Origin: Octopus vulgaris | Taxonomy: Eukaryota | DNA: 64,000 nucleotides | NCBI GenBank assembly: GCA_951406725.2 | Contig: OX597818.1 | Span: 141,422,001-141,486,000 of the forward strand | Reading direction: 5' to 3' | In this document: positions 13,226-26,703 of the stretch, in pieces | How positions within the stretch are numbered: position 1 is the first letter of the stretch | How the letters are laid out: each line of letters begins with the position of its first letter | The notes under the pieces: model-generated | Told to the model about the DNA's origin: nothing | Seen by the model: the letters and a program-made list of their open reading frames with translations, nothing else | Database searches by the model: none | Translations under genes and position numbers: made by a program

Positions 13226-14861
13226 TGTATAGAAGATAGATAGATAGATAGATAATATATGTATTAGGAACAAATACATAGAGAATGTTACCGTTGTGTC
13301 TAGTAATTTGTTTAGTTATATGTACCCAAACCCCCAACAATTACCACCCCTTAAGTGAGCCTGTACCTGCCACTTCAGCAATGGCTTTATTTGCAATTAA
13401 CTTTACTTTCTACACTATGTGTTAGATTGTTTAACTTAACTTAAATTCATTGTAGCCCTAATTTTCTGTCAGCATATAGGTCTACTTCCAATTATTGATT
13501 ACCCCTATTAGGTTTACTCATTTAAGAACCCTCCCACCACCCTGTACAACATAATTTAACAACTTAATATTAACTTCACATCTCTTTAGGTTGTATTTGC
13601 TCTAATTTGAATTGCAGTAGGCGCTTTCCTATGAACTATTATTGCCCTTAGGCATATTTTGTATGAATGGAAGTGTAATTTGTGGTAGGCCCCAAATATA
13701 TGCACACAAAACAAGGGTTACTATATCGACAAGGTTAGTAATATCAACAATATAATAATAATAATATATATTAAGTATGATTGAGCAAACTGTGGTAGGA
13801 TCCTGTATCTGTAACTATAATAGTAATTAGCAAGTGATTTAATTGTAATCATTTAATTAATATGCGGATTTGTACTAATACCTCCTCATAGGACCACTAG
13901 GCTGAATGTATTTGGGATTATTTAGATAATTACTGTTTGTCTCGTAAGACCAGTCCTTGGTTACTGTTGTTACTTCAAAAGATAAACTTAATATCAAAAT
14001 TCTCTAATTGAAGGTCAATGCCCTAGCCATTACCTCCCTTTAACTGTAGTTCCCCTGTTACCCCCACCCTCGTCGCTTCCGTGCTAATTAACTTCCTTTC
14101 TTTATCTACTAATCTCTCGCTCTTATTTTATAAAGCTTTTGTCCAATCTTTTATACCCAATCGCCTTAACCCATAACGGTCCAAATAGGGACATCTCTAG
14201 GTTTTAACGACAGTGCGGGTGATGTTCTTTCCTTCGCATGGTGCTAGTTTACATATTTGGTTGTTTTATTTATAATGTCCTAAGCGGTCTTAGACCACTT
14301 ATAACATATGTTACTTCTCCATACTTTTACTTTCTTTATACGTTTTTATTTACATCTACCCGTATAATGGTCTTTATAGCTTGCCCTTTGTTTTTAAATT
14401 AAACTGACCAATTATATTAAAAGCTGGACTTTGGCCAATCCCATTACGGACAATAGGTGGTTGGTCTTTACAATATATCAGTAAGTAAATAAATGTAATT
14501 AATTGATAGGCATTTTATTTGGATAAATATTAATTATCACTATTGACATAATCTTAAGAAATATTATGATTACTTCTAAACGTTATGGTACTATCATTCC
14601 CTCTTTTTCTTGACCTATTGGCGTATCCCATTATGGTAAAGTACTTATTTTATTATTTTTATTATTTATATACTCTGTTACCCCTAAAGAAATATTAACC
14701 CACCAATTAACATCTCTAGTTTAGTCATTTACTCAACGTCCTGAAGTGTTACATGGTTTTCAATGCACGTGGATCCTGGAAATAGTAGCTATTAGCAAAG
14801 ATTCCTTCACAATAAATAGATACATTAAATATATCACGTCAACGCTACCACAGAAATCTTG

Positions 14862-15151
14862 GCACTCCGTCGGTTACAACGACGGGGGTTCCAGTTGATC
14901 CGATCAACGGGACATCGTGACACAATCTGCGGCAAGGTTGGCCCTTTGAAATAAAGGTACATTAGAAACAGGAAGAAAGAGTGAGAGAGAGTTTTGTAGA
15001 AACAGGGTTCGCCATCACCCCCTGCTGGAGCTTCGTACAGCTTTAGGTGTTTTTGCTCAATAAACACTCACAGCGCCTGGTCTGGGAATCGAAGCCGCGA
15101 TCCCACGACCGCGAAACCGCTGCCCTAACCATTGGGCCATTGCGCCTCCAC
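14862..15151 (-). mobile_element. tRNA-derived SINE family B with internal deletion
   Basis: Head with A box TGGCCCAATGG and B box GCTTCGATTCC on the minus strand; matches 36493-36870. Confidence 0.85.
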
Positions 15152-15302
15152 GCCAAAGAAATAGTGGATTATAAACACAAATCTAATTTCTATTAGGTGG
15201 GGTATATTCAGAACACTTCCTGTCCATTCCTTCTCCGCCTAATGTTAATACTTTGAACCATTATTTCAAGCCAGAATGATCCTGAGCTCAGTAGCTCTAA
15301 AG

Positions 15303-15878
15303 CAGGGATTCTCAACCATTTTTTATCTATGGACACCTTGGAAATGCTATTCTATTCTGCAGGACCCCCAGGTTGTTTGATGCTTCAAAACTAGTTTAAT
15401 ATTGAGTCGCAGCATGGAGTTCTTCTGCTGCACGACAACGCCCACCCTCATATCGCCAATATGACTAAGGAAGTCATTCAAACGCTCGGCTGAGCAAGTG
15501 CTGCCACACCCGCCGTACTCTCCTGATTTGACACCAACGGATTTCACCTCTTTCGATCTCTTTCAAATGCTATGTTCAGAGTTTCGTTCAATACTGTTGC
15601 AGAAGTGGTGAAATCCGTTGCCAACCAAATAGAAACTTCTTTCAAACTTCCTATTTTGTTTTTCACACTTGAAGTTGGGTAGGTTGAGCTATGTAAAATG
15701 TCAGAAAGAAACCTAATTGTTTCTTGCAATGCATACCAATACATACATCTAAAGCAAAATTTTTTCAGGAGCCCTTAAAATACTATAGTGGATCCCCAAT
15801 TTATTATTTGATTGCGTGGACCCCAAAAATCTTATATGGACCCTCAGGGGCCATATGGTCCCCGGTTGAGAACCACTG
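15303..15878. mobile_element. hAT (Charlie-like) non-autonomous element
   Basis: TIRs CAGGGATTCTCAACC / GGTTGAGAACCACTG; perfect 8-bp TSD CTCTAAAG (15295-15302 and 15879-15886). Confidence 0.9.
15410..15610 (+). pseudogene. Mariner transposase catalytic-domain fragment inside the hAT element
   Basis: Translates to HGVLLLHDNAHPHIANMTKEVIQTLG*xVLPHPPYSPDLTPTDFHLFRSLSNAM. Confidence 0.85.
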
Positions 15879-17064
15879 CTCTAAAGGATCATAAATCATC
15901 ATTCAATTTGTACTCTGCAGATGAAAATCAAGAAACACTGCTACAAACATTACACAGATTTACTAGAAGTTTTGAGAGAACATCAGGTTTAAGAAAATGA
16001 GCCACTCTGAAAGTTAAGAATACTAATATCATATTAGATAACGACATACACATAAGATATTTTAACCAAACAGAAACTTACAAATATCCAGGCATTAATG
16101 AACTAGACAGACACAAATAAGTGGAAGGTTTAGATAGGAATATTATAGACATAATAGTTTAATATTTAGAGGAGAGATAAATAAAAGAAACAAGTTAATA
16201 AGCATCAATAACTCAGCTGACCAGGTTATGACTTATATTTATAATGTTCGCAATTTGTCGCTAGAGGAATTAGCAAGACTAGACAGAATGTAATGATTGC
16301 ATTTCCAATAAAGAAAAACCTAAAATTCGTTACAGAAATGTTACATTTATCACAAATACCAGATGAAAGAAGTCATATGCAAAGAGAAAATTATTGTAAA
16401 ATATCACTGTAAGGCTACAAAACTTTTCCACTACATAATCATGGAAAACTGTTCAAATAGCTACAAAGCAAGATGGTAAAAAAACCCGTTACTATTTTGA
16501 AGAAAATAAAAAATACAAAACGGTAACCAAATGTGACAGACGATTATGAGGAGAAATTGAAAACAACAACAGAAATTGTTAAAAAGCTAAAATAGAAACT
16601 AGCCAAAAATAGGTTTACAGAATGTCGTACTAAAATAATTGTAAAAACACCTCCTACACTGCCTAATAGGTAAAACACTGCTTGGTAAGAAAATGAATAC
16701 AAAAAATAAAGAATCACAGCACCGACTGAGGCTGAACAATTTTGATTACTGGACAAAAATATTGTTTTCTCTTCAGAAATCAGTCAAAGATTGTAATTAA
16801 GCTGGATATATGAAATAACTTCAGAAAAAGTTGATGAAGACACGCGTAGGTGTCTTGACTTTAACTTGTGCAACTTCGCTCAGAGAAAATACAAATACAG
16901 GCGTGACAAAATAAGGAAGTTTTTTTAGTACATTTTATACATTGCTAGCATTATGAAATTTCCACATAAAAAAGAAATTTTAATATCTCAGACAAAGTGG
17001 ACATATTGGAATAATAATAAAAAGAAGATTCACCTTACTATTCTTCTTCTTCTTTTGATTATTG

Positions 17065-17899
17065 TTATTATTATTTTTCTATGTTTGACTTTTGCTTCAT
17101 ATTTGTACAAGTTGGCTCCAAGTCTCACCCAGAGACCTCAAGAGACAAGAGGTTGGAAGTTCATGTTGTTGTTATGCCTAGTGTGCCATATATTTGTTTT
17201 TTCTTTGGGGGGCGTGTTGTACTAGTGACTGTCTAAAAAAAAAAAACGAAAGTTATGTTTGTTTTAAACCTTGAGATTACATAGAAAGTATTTTGCGTAG
17301 GATATGAACAGTTCTCATGAGCACTATCTTTTAAATTTCTGCTATTTTGGGGTTTCCTGGTATCTGAGTTAGGTAGCAATCAGCCCCTTTTGCTATCATT
17401 CCCAGGGCACCTATGACAACAGGTAGTGTTTTAGTCTTCAGCTTCAACATTGTGCTGATTTCTATTTCAAGATCTTTATATTTGCTCAGTTTTTGGTAGG
17501 TCGTGACAGATACGTTTATATCAAATTGGGACAGTCATATCAATGAGGAGGCATGTTTTTTGTTTGACGTCTTTCAATATGATGTCTGGCCTATTTTCAT
17601 CTATCTTTCTGTCAGTTTGAATGGGGAAGTTCCAGAGGAGTGAGGTGTGGTCATTTTCAAGCACTGGAGGTGGTTTGTGTTCCCACCAGTTTTTTTCATG
17701 GGGCAAATCCAGGTTTTTGCAGATTACCCAGTGAATATATTGTGCAGCTCTATCATGCATGTTGCGATACTCTGTAGGCGCTAGGAGACTGCACTTGGAG
17801 ACAACATGATCCAATGGTTTCATTTTGTTGTAGACATACACGACATGTTGGGCTACTGCCGTCCTTTAATATGTTGGCCTGGTTGTTTCTTGTTGTAGG

Positions 17900-17900
<1 letters not shown>
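17065..17900 (-). mobile_element. 5'-truncated R4/Dong-type LINE: zinc knuckle, restriction-like endonuclease and 3' UTR (frameshifted copy)
   Basis: CRVC zinc knuckle, HDRAAQYIHW, RPDIIL...LIDMTVP, KLSKYKDL; bounded by (TAA)n-type tracts at both ends. Confidence 0.85.
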
Positions 17901-17985
<85 letters not shown>

Positions 17986-18004
17986 TCATTATTATTACTG
18001 TTAT

Positions 18005-18400
18005 GGTAGCGAGCTGGCAGAATCATTAACACGTCGGGCGTAATGTGTAGCCGTATTTCGTCTGCCGTTACGTTCTGAGTTCAAATTCCGCCGAGGTCGA
18101 CTCTGCCTTTCATCCTTTCGGCGTCGATAAATTGAGTACCATTTACGCACTGGGGTCAATGTAATCGACTTAATCCGTTTGTCTGTCGTTGTTTGTCCCC
18201 TCTGTATTTAGCCCCTTGTGGGCAGTAAAGAAATATGTATTCCTCCTGTCACTACGTTCTGAGCTCAAATCCTGCCAAGGTCGTCTTTACCTTCATTCTT
18301 TTAGGGTCGATAAAATCAATAAATGTTGGAGACTGGATTCGATTTAATCGACTCATCCCCTCCACCAAAATTGCTGCCCTTGAGACAAAATTTGAAACAG
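18005..18400 (+). mobile_element. SINE family C, one full and one partial copy
   Basis: Head 'agctggcagaatcattaac...gagttcaaattcc' (A/B boxes); centre 'gcctttcatcctttcggcgtcgataaa'. Confidence 0.8.
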
Positions 18401-18429
18401 TTGCTATTATTATTGTTATTTATTTTTAA

Positions 18430-18975
18430 TCTGCATGTTTGTTACAATCACTTGCCGAGACAGCCCAGTGTCCTAGGGTAAGCGGAGGATAAGAGATGTT
18501 ACGGTATGAATGAAAACTTGCAGGGTGAAAGTTGAAGGGAAAATAGGGAAATATCGTCATGTAACACAACACAGACATTTAAATTGATAGGGTTTTCTAA
18601 AATGTGGGCAGTACTTGTCAGCACAATCTTTTGGATTTCTCTGAGACATGGTTCTCCTGGGATGTTGTTTAGATGTTTCTGACATCCCTGTTTCATCATA
18701 CCTAGGGTACCTAGGAACAGTTCTCGTTTTAAGATGCTACATCTTCTGTGTTTCATTTACCAGGTGCTTATATTTACTTAATTTGTCAAATTCCTTTACA
18801 GATATATTTTTATCGGTAGGAAAACTTACATGTATTAGTCTACAAGTATTTTCCTCCCCGTCTTTAATAACTATGTCTGGTCCAATAGCCTGGATCGTTC
18901 TATCAGTGTTGATTGGAAAATCTCAGAGGATAGTGACGTTTTAACCTTCAATGACTGGCTCAAGATGATGTTCAT
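18430..18975 (-). mobile_element. Second R4/Dong-type RLE fragment (different subfamily)
   Basis: DFPINTDRTIQAIGPDIVIKD, KLSKYKHL, NIPGEPCLREIQKIVLTSTAHIL. Confidence 0.8.
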
Positions 18976-18987
18976 ATTATTATAAAT

Positions 18988-19174
18988 GCGACAAGCTTGC
19001 AGAATCATTAGCGGGCTGGGTGAAACGCTTCGCAGTATATCGCCAGTCGCTGCGGTCTGAGTTCAATTTCCGCCGAGAAATTTCAGGGTCGATAACTTAA
19101 GCACCAGTGAAACACTGGGATTTGTGTAATCGATGAGATCCCTCCCAGGCCTTGTGCCTTAAATAGTGAGGATA

Positions 19175-19231
<57 letters not shown>

Positions 19232-19466
19232 GTTCATGCCATTGTGCGAAGCCCAATATACCCATCATGACTACCCGTCTGATAAGGATGCAACAACCAT
19301 ATGTGCGCGGCATGGTGATCTCATTCAAGATAAACTATTATTAATTTTCTTCATTGAGTAGCCCATCCCGCTCAGGTCCCTGAATAAGGGTTGTTTAAGG
19401 ATGTTGAAAAACCCACCCATGTCTCCAGAGGTGAATTTTATCTCCATGAATTTCTCCAGAGGTGAA

Positions 19467-19526
<60 letters not shown>

Positions 19527-19565
19527 CATCATCATTATTATTATCATCATTATTATTATTATTAA

Positions 19566-19643
<78 letters not shown>

Positions 19644-19682
19644 CATCATCATTATTATTATCATCATTATTATTATTATTAA

Positions 19683-19766
<84 letters not shown>

Positions 19767-19778
19767 TATTATTATTAA

Positions 19779-19850
<72 letters not shown>

Positions 19851-20524
19851 GACGGCGATCTGGCAAAATCGTTAGCACGCTGGGTAAAGTGCTTAGCTGC
19901 ATTTAGTCTGTCTTTACGTTCTGAGTTCATATTCCGCCAAGGCCTGCTTTGATTTTCATCCAATCGGAGTGCATGAAATAGATGAAATAAGTACCACCCA
20001 AGAGCTGGGGGTTGATGAACTCGACTAGTCCCCACCCGACGCAAACTGTCAGGCCTTGTGCTTATAGCGGAAAGGATTACAGGCGGCGAACTGGTAGAGT
20101 CGTTAGCTCACCGGGAGAAATGCTTAGCGGTATTTCACCTTGCATCACGTTCTGAGTTCAAATGCTGCTGGGGTCGACTTTGCCTTTCATCGTTTCGGGG
20201 CCGATAAAATAAGTGCCAGATGAGTACTGGAGTCGATGTAATCGACTTGCCTCCTCCCATAAAATTTCAGGCGTTGTGCCTTTAGTAGAAATAATAATTA
20301 TTATTGGTCACATCTCTGTCATCCTTCCCGCCACTTTCATTTAAAACGTTGTATGCTATGCATATGTCCCTTCTTTTTCAGTGTATGCCATGGATACTTA
20401 CCTTCTTTATCTCTTTCATATTTTTAATCATTTTATTATATGTAAACACTCACACTTTATGTCTGTATTTGCTTTGTCCCCCTCATCCTTCGCCCTTGTG
20501 TCAAATAAATGAAATCATTAATAC

Positions 20525-20564
<40 letters not shown>

Positions 20565-20586
20565 GTTATTATTATTATTGTTATTA

Positions 20587-20621
<35 letters not shown>

Positions 20622-20879
20622 GTTATTATTGTTATTATTATTATTATTGTTATTATTGTTATTATTATTATTATTATTGTTGTTATTATTGTTATTATTA
20701 TTATAATTATTATTATTGTTATTATTGTTATTATTATTATTATTGTTATTATTATTGTTATTATTATTATTATTATTATTATCATTATTATTATTATTAT
20801 TATTGTTATTATTAATATTCTTTCTTTCTTCAAATTTTCTTCTATTTTGTTTTCCGTACACCTAGGGCAGAGAATTTTA

Positions 20880-20952
<73 letters not shown>

Positions 20953-21410
20953 GGCGGCAAGCAGGCAGAATTGTTAGCATGCCGTGAAAATCCCCTGCGG
21001 CCTTTCGTCCGTCTTTACATTCAGAGTTCAAATTCCACCTAGGTTAACTTTGCCAGTCATCCTTAAATAACTTTGCCAGTCATCGATAAAATAAGTACCA
21101 GTTGAACACTGAGGTGGATATTGTCCACTTATCCCCTACACCAATCTTGCTAGCCTTACGTCAACATTTGAAACCTTTATTATTAATAATAATTAGGTTC
21201 ACGATCTCCCAAATTTGCAAACCATAACGCCATGCAGTTTTACATCGGTCTCTTCATTTTCACTTTCTGATTTCAAATTCCGCTGGGTCAACTTTGCCTT
21301 TTATCCTTCCTTTCCCGATAAAATACTGTTTTAGTCAAGTATTGGCGTCGATGGTATCGAGTAAGCCCCATTCCTGAAAATTGATAGACGTGTCTAAATT
21401 GGAAAGCATT
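18988..21410 (+). mobile_element. Cluster of five SINE family C copies (~18988-19172, 19850-20078, 20081-20292, 20952-21178, 21225-21408) among long (TTA)n tracts
   Basis: Repeated 'ggcggcga..tggcagaa...ctgagttcaaattccgc...gcctttcatc' modules. Confidence 0.8.
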
Positions 21411-21880
21411 TATATTATTGCGGACATTTTCTGTTTGATTGCTTGATATATTCTTATCAATATTGATCGATTGTGGCCTGTCAGAAAGATAACAGCAAAT
21501 GCCATTTTATGTTGTTTATGACGCGTGCCTTATCGAACATAATCGATTCTATAGTTTGATAAAAAAAAATGATTGTGTATGTGTGAGTGCGTGTGTACGT
21601 GTATGTATGATTATGACACAAACACACCCAAGCACACACATACATGTCACTAAATATAAATTAATGTTAAACGATATAATATAAGCGAATAAACAAAATG
21701 AAAATATAATAAAGAGGAAACTAAGTTGATGAAATCACTCTATCGATATTGTTCGTCCAAGACTAACGTCAATTTTTTTGTTATCCCATAAATTTTTTTC
21801 AGTCAGGCTGTTACAAGTTATAATAGTTTACTACATATGTATGAGTATAGATGTGTGTATGTATGTGTGTGTGTGTGCGC

Positions 21881-21956
<76 letters not shown>

Positions 21957-22735
21957 ATACACAGATATAAACAACGTTTAATAAAGTTATTAGAATGCAT
22001 ATTTGACATAAAGACACTGCAAAACAAGCAAAACAAGTAGAATGGTTTACATACATACACACATAAACAAACCTATTTATGTGTGTGTATATGTCTGTAT
22101 ATGTGTTCGTGTGAGTGTTTGTTTGTACGCATGTATGTATGTACGTACGTATTGGTATTAGTATTAGTATTAACTGGTGATTCTACCGTTATATCTAGTT
22201 TTCTCTTTAACACGGTTCTTGAAATAACAATATATTACATTCATATATACATGCGTACATGTGTGTGTGTATGTGAGTGTTTGCGCATGTGTGTGGCATA
22301 CGTGTCCTCAATGGACTTTCAGCTTCTCTGCTTGTTTATTTGTATGAACGTTTTAACATGTTTGCCTGTATGCCTGATGGGGTAGTGAGAAACCGGTAGC
22401 CTTGTGAATTTATTAAAAAAGATTTGTTCCATTTGCATTGTTTTGAAAACTATTTTGAGTGGAGGTAATACTACCATGTATTCACTTACTTGTATACAGA
22501 AGATCTAACGGATCTCTAAAATGAGATCCGGTATTTTAGAGATAAAAATAAGAAAGTGTAAATTGATTTTGAATATTAGTGTTGTAAAGGAAGTGTAGGA
22601 ATCTAGTAATGTCTTGCATCAGCAAAATCAAAATTAATAATATGTTTTGGTGAGCTTATAAACAGTAAAGAAGAGAAAGTTATGTAAGTTTAGGAGGAAG
22701 ACCTCCATAGGAAAGAGAGAATTTTAACTCTCGAA

Positions 22736-22835
22736 NNNNNNNNNNNNNNNNNNNNNNNNNNNNNNNNNNNNNNNNNNNNNNNNNNNNNNNNNNNNNNNNN
22801 NNNNNNNNNNNNNNNNNNNNNNNNNNNNNNNNNNN
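22736..22835. other. Assembly gap (100 N)
   Basis: Exactly 100 Ns, a typical scaffolding placeholder. Confidence 1.
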
Positions 22836-23540
22836 ATTGAAACAATTTTACAGATATGCAGAATATTCGTAAAAAGAAAATATATACCTGAATAGATGTT
22901 CTGAAAAATTAAAAATTAAGTGATATACAAAACTAGGCAAATTCAAAGAAAAGTGAACAAATTCATAAAAAAGCAAGCAACAGAAATGCCAAACTAGGCC
23001 CAAGCTAAGGAAAATTTCCAGTTAATGGGCAAGTAATGCAAGCTTTTAGGAAGTCCTCAGAAATTGAATCTAACGACGCGAAAATACGTAAAGTTCATGA
23101 TATGTTTATAGTGCACTGCATACTAAGAGTGAAAACAGTAGTGCAAGACATTGTCAAAGTACATGCAGGAAAATTCTTCTGAAAAAGTTTAGTACACCGA
23201 AAAGTTAATGTCTGTTCTCAGCATGTTGGCATGGAAATAATTTTCTTTTGCCCTTGTTTATAAGTTGTTTATAATTTTAAACTTTAAAGGTATTTTAATA
23301 TGCTGCCACTTTTGATGAAATTTTTTCTGAAAAGATTTTATCCTGTATTAGTAGTAGATTTATTACCCTTCACATAGGGATTGGTAACCACTATAAGCTG
23401 TGGTTAAGAATAGTTCACACGTGGGCTGAGGCTGGCTAAAGGATTTTACAGTTAGATATAACTGAGGTACTTAGGTGTACACATGACTGTTGCTTGTGCT
23501 TTTTTCCATGGGTGTTTGTAAGTATTTAATTTATTCCTTA

Positions 23541-23611
23541 TCGTATTTTCTACTGAAGAGGGAAGAATTCATAGGATTAATCCCGAAATTGATTCAATAT
23601 AGAAATAACGA
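23541..23611 (+). ncRNA. Type I hammerhead ribozyme, duplicate copy (unit 23205-23754)
   Basis: Identical by eye to 12710-12780. Confidence 0.8.
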
Positions 23612-23751
23612 ACCTTTTTAAAATATTCAGTTGGCTAGCTTTCACTCGATCTATAGTGAGTGTAAAATGAAAGTGTGAAAATTGACGATTTAATGTCTGT
23701 TCTCAGCATATTGGCATGGAAATAATTTTTCTTGTTCCCTTGTTTATAAGT

Positions 23752-23783
<32 letters not shown>

Positions 23784-23913
23784 AGATGAATAAAAAAATG
23801 GAGTTAACGCAGGTGTAATCAAATATTTTTACTTTCGATACATGTGAGATTTTTGCTGCCCTGGTAAATATTTTTTTTTCCGTGTTAATTGTTAACAAGG
23901 TAAAAATACACTC

Positions 23914-23967
<54 letters not shown>

Positions 23968-23998
23968 AGAGGGGATAGATAGATAGATAGATAGATAT

Positions 23999-24084
<86 letters not shown>

Positions 24085-26127
24085 TATGTATTAGGAACAA
24101 ATACATAGAGAATGTTACCGTTGTGTCTAGTAATTTGTTTAGTTATATGTACCCAAACCCCCAACAATTACCACCCCTTAAGTGAGCCTGTACCTGCCAC
24201 TTCAGCAATGGCTTTATTTGCAATTAACTTTACTTTCTACACTATGTGTTAGATTGTTTAACTTAACTTAAATTCATTGTAGCCCTAATTTTCTGTCAGC
24301 ATATAGGTCTACTTCCAATTATTGATTACCCCTATTAGGTTTACTCATTTAAGAACCCTCCCACCGCCCTGTACAACATAATTTAACAACTTAATATTAA
24401 CTTCACATCTCTTTAGGTTGTATTTGCTCTAATTTGAATTGCAGTAGGCGCTTTCCTATGAACCATTATTGCCCTTAGGCATATTTTGTATGAATGGAAG
24501 TGTAATTTGTGGTAGGCCCCAAATATATGCACACAAAACAAGGGTTACTATATCGACAAGGTTAGTAATATCAACAATATAATAATAATAATATATATTA
24601 AGTATGATTGAGCAAACTGTGGTAGGATCCTGTATCTGTAACTATAATAGTAATTAGCAAGTGATTTAATTGTAATCATTTAATTAATATGCGGATTTGT
24701 ACTAATACCTCCTCATAGGACCACTAGGCTGAATGTATTTGGGATTATTTAGATAATTACTGTTTGTCTCGTAAGACCAGTCCTTGGTTACTGTTGTTAC
24801 TTCAAAAGATAAACTTAATATCAAAATTCTCTAATTGAAGGTCAATGCCCTAGCCATTACCTCCCTTTAACTGTAGTTCCCCTGTTACCCCCACCCTCGT
24901 CGCTTCCGTGCTAATTAACTTCCTTTCTTTATCTACTAATCTCTCGCTCTTATTTTATAAAGCTTTTGTCCAATCTTTTATACCCAATCGCCTTAACCCA
25001 TAACGGTCCAAATAGGGACATCTCTAGGTTTTAACGACAGTGCGGGTGATGTTCTTTCCTTCGCATGGTGCTAGTTTACATATTTGGTTGTTTTATTTAT
25101 AATGTCCTAAGCGGTCTTAGACCACTTATAACATATGTTACTTCTCCATACTTTTACTTTCTTTATACGTTTTTATTTACATCTACCCGTATAATGGTCT
25201 TTATAGCTTGCCCTTTGTTTTTAAATTAAACTGACCAATTATATTAAAAGCTGGACTTTGGCCAATCCCATTACGGACAATAGGTGGTTGGTCTTTACAA
25301 TATATCAGTAAGTAAATAAATGTAATTAATTGATAGGCATTTTATTTGGATAAATATTAATTATCACTATTGACATAATCTTAAGAAATATTATGATTAC
25401 TTCTAAACGTTATGGTACTATCATTCCCTCTTTTTCTTGACCTATTGGCGTATCCCATTATGGTAAAGTACTTATTTTATTATTTTTATTATTTATATAC
25501 TCTGTTACCCCTAAAGAAATATTAACCCACCAATTAACATCTCTAGTTTAGTCATTTACTCAACGTCCTGAAGTGTTACATGGTTTTCAATGCACGTGGA
25601 TCCTGGAAATAGTAGCTATTAGCAAAGATTCCTTCACAATAAATAGATACATTAAATATATCACGTCAACGCTACCACAGAAATCTTGGCACTCCGTCGG
25701 TTACAACGACGGGGGTTCCAGTTGATCCGATCAACGGGACATCGTGACACAATGTGCGGCAAGGTTGGCCCTTTGAAATAAAGGTACATTAGAAACAGGA
25801 AGAAAGAGTGAGAGAGTTTTGTAGAAACAGGGTTCGCCATCACCCCCTGCCGGAGCTTCGTACAGCTTTAGGTGTTTTTGCTCAATAAACACTCACAGCG
25901 CCTGGTCTGGGAATCGAAGCCGCGATCCCACGACCGCGAAACCGCTGCCCTAACCATTGGGCCATTGCGCCTCCACGCCAAAGAAATAGTAGATTATAAA
26001 CACAAATCTAATTTCTATTAGGTGGGGTATATTCAGAACACTTCCTGTCCATTCCTTCTCCGCCTAATGTTAATACTTTGAACCATTATTTCAAGCCAGA
26101 ATGATCCTGAGCTCAGTAGCTCTAAAG

Positions 26128-26703
26128 CAGGGATTCTCAACCATTTTTTATCTATGGACACCTTGGAAATGCTATTCTATTCTGCAGGACCCCCAGGTTG
26201 TTTGATGCTTCAAAACTAGTTTAATATTGAGTCGCAGCATGGAGTTCTTCTGCTGCACGACAACGCCCACCCTCATATCGCCAATATGACTAAGGAAGTC
26301 ATTCAAACGCTCGGCTGAGAAGTGCTGCCACACCCGCCGTACTCTCCTGATTTGACACCAACGGATTTCACCTCTTTCGATCTCTTTCAAATGCTATGTT
26401 CAGAGTTTCGTTCAATACTGTTGCAGAAGTGGTGAAATCCGTTGCCAACCAAATAGAAACTTCTTTCAAACTTCCTATTTTGTTTTTCACACTTGAAGTT
26501 GGGTAGGTTGAGCTATGTAAAATGTCAGAAAGAAACCTAATTGTTTCTTGCAATGCATACCAATACATACATCTAAAGCAAAATTTTTTCAGGAGCCCTT
26601 AAAATACTATAGTGGATCCCCAATTTATTATTTGATTGCGTGGACCCCAAAAAATTTTATATGGACCCTCAGGGGCCATATGGTCCCCGGTTGAGAACCA
26701 CTG
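26128..26703. mobile_element. hAT non-autonomous element with mariner fragment, duplicate copy
   Basis: Same TIRs; TSD CTCTAAAG at 26120-26127 and 26704-26711. Confidence 0.9.

Larger units (their letters stand above)
15170..17020 (+). mobile_element. Highly degraded R4/Dong-like LINE RT, interrupted by a hAT MITE
   Basis: 'IRWGIF' before the MITE and 'LYSADENQETLLQTLHRFTR' after it parallel 'IRKGIFQG...LYAANDKQLETLLKTVHGFTK' at 34387-34785. Confidence 0.55.
12006..22735 (+). repeat. Copy 1 of a ~10.7-kb direct duplication
   Basis: Begins 'attgaaacaattttacag' and ends 'ttttaactctcgaa', matching 22836-33634 apart from SNPs and indels. Confidence 0.95.

Noticed and set aside
13255-14835. Idea that this block is a reversed or complement-only copy of coding DNA
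   Set aside because: Partial manual translation of the complement gave no sustained ORF or known motif.
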